64,000 nucleotides of DNA from an uncultured Clostridia bacterium (GTDB lineage: Bacteria > Bacillota > Clostridia > Christensenellales > CAG-917), in assembly GCA_949283145.1 (NCBI GenBank), contig CASDRL010000011.1, positions 1,142 through 65,141 of the forward strand, read 5' to 3'. How positions within the stretch are numbered: the stretch's first letter is position 1; every line of letters starts with the position of its first letter. The translations under genes and the position numbers were made by a program. The notes under the pieces are model-generated. The model was not told the origin of the DNA, did not search any database, and worked only from the letters and a program-made list of their open reading frames with translations. Positions 62,851 to 64,000 of the stretch are shown here, piece after piece.

Positions 62851-62851
62851 T

Positions 62852-62939
62852 TGGTGCGCGGGACGGGACTTGAACCCACATGAACGTATTGTTCACTAGA
62901 ACCTGAATCTAGCGCGTCTGCCAATTTCGCCACCCACGC
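62852..62939 (-). tRNA. tRNA-Leu (anticodon CAG), class II with long variable arm, CCA encoded
   Basis: Hand-folded. Acceptor GCGTGGG/CCCGCGC with one G-U pair; anticodon stem CTAGA/TCTAG; loop TTCAGGT. Long variable arm, T-loop TTCAAGT, discriminator A plus CCA. Confidence 0.9.
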
Positions 62940-62957
62940 ACGGGTGATCGCTTGTTG

Positions 62958-62987
62958 ATTATATGACAAAGCGGCGGGAGGTGTCAA
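62958..62987 (-). promoter_or_regulatory. Sigma-70-type promoter of tRNA-Leu
   Basis: Minus strand TTGACA (62987-62982), 18-nt spacer, TATAAT (62963-62958), about 20 nt upstream of the tRNA 5' end. Confidence 0.6.
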
Positions 62988-63026
62988 ACGATTTTGCGGT
63001 GCGGGGCAAAATTTGCTCGGAGAGGG

Positions 63027-64000
63027 TCAGTTGGCGCGGAGGGAGCGGTCGTCGCGGGTGCGGTAGCGGGGGGAGGAGACTTGGAGGAAGGAGACGGCGT
63101 GGGAGAGCGCCCAGAGGAGGATGAAGGCTGCGGTGAGGGCAGCGGCGATCGCGATCATGAAGGTGGGGAAGGCTTCCGGGGTGAAGTATTCGCCGATGAG
63201 GCGCGCTATGGCGGCGGAGGCGCGGTTGGCGAAGAAGGCGGCAACGAGCCCGATGGCGAAGCCCACGGCGGCAAGGACGCCCGTCTCGGCGCTTATGTAG
63301 GCGGCGGCGCCCGCAGGGGTGAGCCCCGCGAGGCGCAGGACGTCGAACTCCTTCTTTCTGCTGCCTGCGGTGATGACGATGAGGTTGACGAGCCCCAGCC
63401 CCGCGATGCCGTAGATGATGAAGGTGAACATCCCGATGAGGTCCTCGGTGTCCAGCTTGTCCGTGCCCTCGGCGGAGAAAAAGCCGCTGTAGGTGTAGAC
63501 GGTGACGCCCTTTGCATCGAGCGCGGCGCGGATGTCGGTGAAAGCGGCGGGGTCGGAGTCGAGCAGGACCAAGATCTCGGCGCTCGGGCTCCACCCTCCG
63601 ATGAGACAGTCGGCGCGGCGGATGAGGACGAACTCGTCCCACGAGGTGACGGTGTCGTCGATGGCGACGACGGTGAAATGTTGGATGTCGAAGCTTGTGG
63701 CGGTGTAGCCCGCCGTGATCCAAACGCTCACTTCGTCGCCGACGGACAAGCCTTCTCTGCCTGCGACGGTCTGCGGGAGGATGACGGGGTGCTCCGTCTC
63801 GGCGAAGAGGCGGATCTCCTCATCGGTGAGGGAGGGGCAGACGAAGCGCAGGTCGTTTTCGTCCGGCACGGTATAGACGCCGTAAGAGATGAGCAGACCG
63901 TCATCGGCAGGCGTCTCACCGTAGCGGGAGATGTCTATCCCGGCGCCCGTCATCGCGAGGATGGCGGCGTCGTACACTCCGGGGAGAGTCTCCGCCTCAG
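63027..64000 (-). CDS. ABC transporter permease, FtsX/MacB-like (5' part lies beyond the window)
   Basis: The frame stays open to position 64000. The C-terminal FtsX-type 4-TM bundle includes KEFDVLRLAGLTPAGAAAYISAETGVLAAVGFAIGL. Confidence 0.7.
   Translation of the reverse strand, partial: EAETLPGVYDAAILAMTGAGIDISRYGETPADDGLLISYGVYTVPDENDLRFVCPSLTDEEIRLFAETEHPVILPQTVAGREGLSVGDEVSVWITAGYTATSFDIQHFTVVAIDDTVTSWDEFVLIRRADCLIGGWSPSAEILVLLDSDPAAFTDIRAALDAKGVTVYTYSGFFSAEGTDKLDTEDLIGMFTFIIYGIAGLGLVNLIVITAGSRKKEFDVLRLAGLTPAGAAAYISAETGVLAAVGFAIGLVAAFFANRASAAIARLIGEYFTPEAFPTFMIAIAAALTAAFILLWALSHAVSFLQVSSPRYRTRDDRSLRAN

Noticed and set aside
62040-62950. An integrated prophage or genomic island at tRNA-Leu.
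   Set aside because: The intervals between the tRNA-3'-end copies are only 130-580 bp, and no integrase, excisionase or phage genes are present in the window. At most these are scars, and the observation is reported as a finding rather than a mobile-element call.

Overview
High-GC (by eye about 60-65%) Bacillota/Clostridia-type chromosome segment, densely packed with housekeeping genes. In order: a galE 3' end; mcsA-mcsB-clpC; thrS; infC-rpmI-rplT; yebC and proA; a NifS-like desulfurase; DegV; an ApbE/NusG-II/Gx-transporter cluster; murG; a type IIA topoisomerase pair (ParE/ParC-like); pepF; dnaB. Then comes the sporulation-linked block yqfC-yqfD-phoH-HD hydrolase-ybeY-era-yqzL-recO, followed by sua5, a YwlE-like phosphatase, a secG-like gene, smpB, metY and metA, and two tandem MFS paralogues. 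I saw no rRNA, CRISPR array, transposase or integrase. Many long antisense or alternative-frame ORFs in the track are high-GC artefacts.

The unusual content is mostly non-coding or accessory:
1. A roughly 1.3 kb low-GC islet (60.7-62.0 kb) encodes an orphan TIR-domain protein driven by a perfect consensus promoter.
2. Next to it, downstream of tRNA-Leu(CAG), lie three tRNA-3'-end-like units on the tRNA strand. Two end in ACCA and the third has a mutated tail. Units B and C are each followed by a terminator-type hairpin.
3. Two ORF-free islands (7.75-9.03 kb and 18.55-19.43 kb) share a collinear mosaic of conserved blocks. Each starts with a nested hairpin that shows compensatory stem substitutions.

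All functional calls come from reading motifs by eye; no database searches were run.
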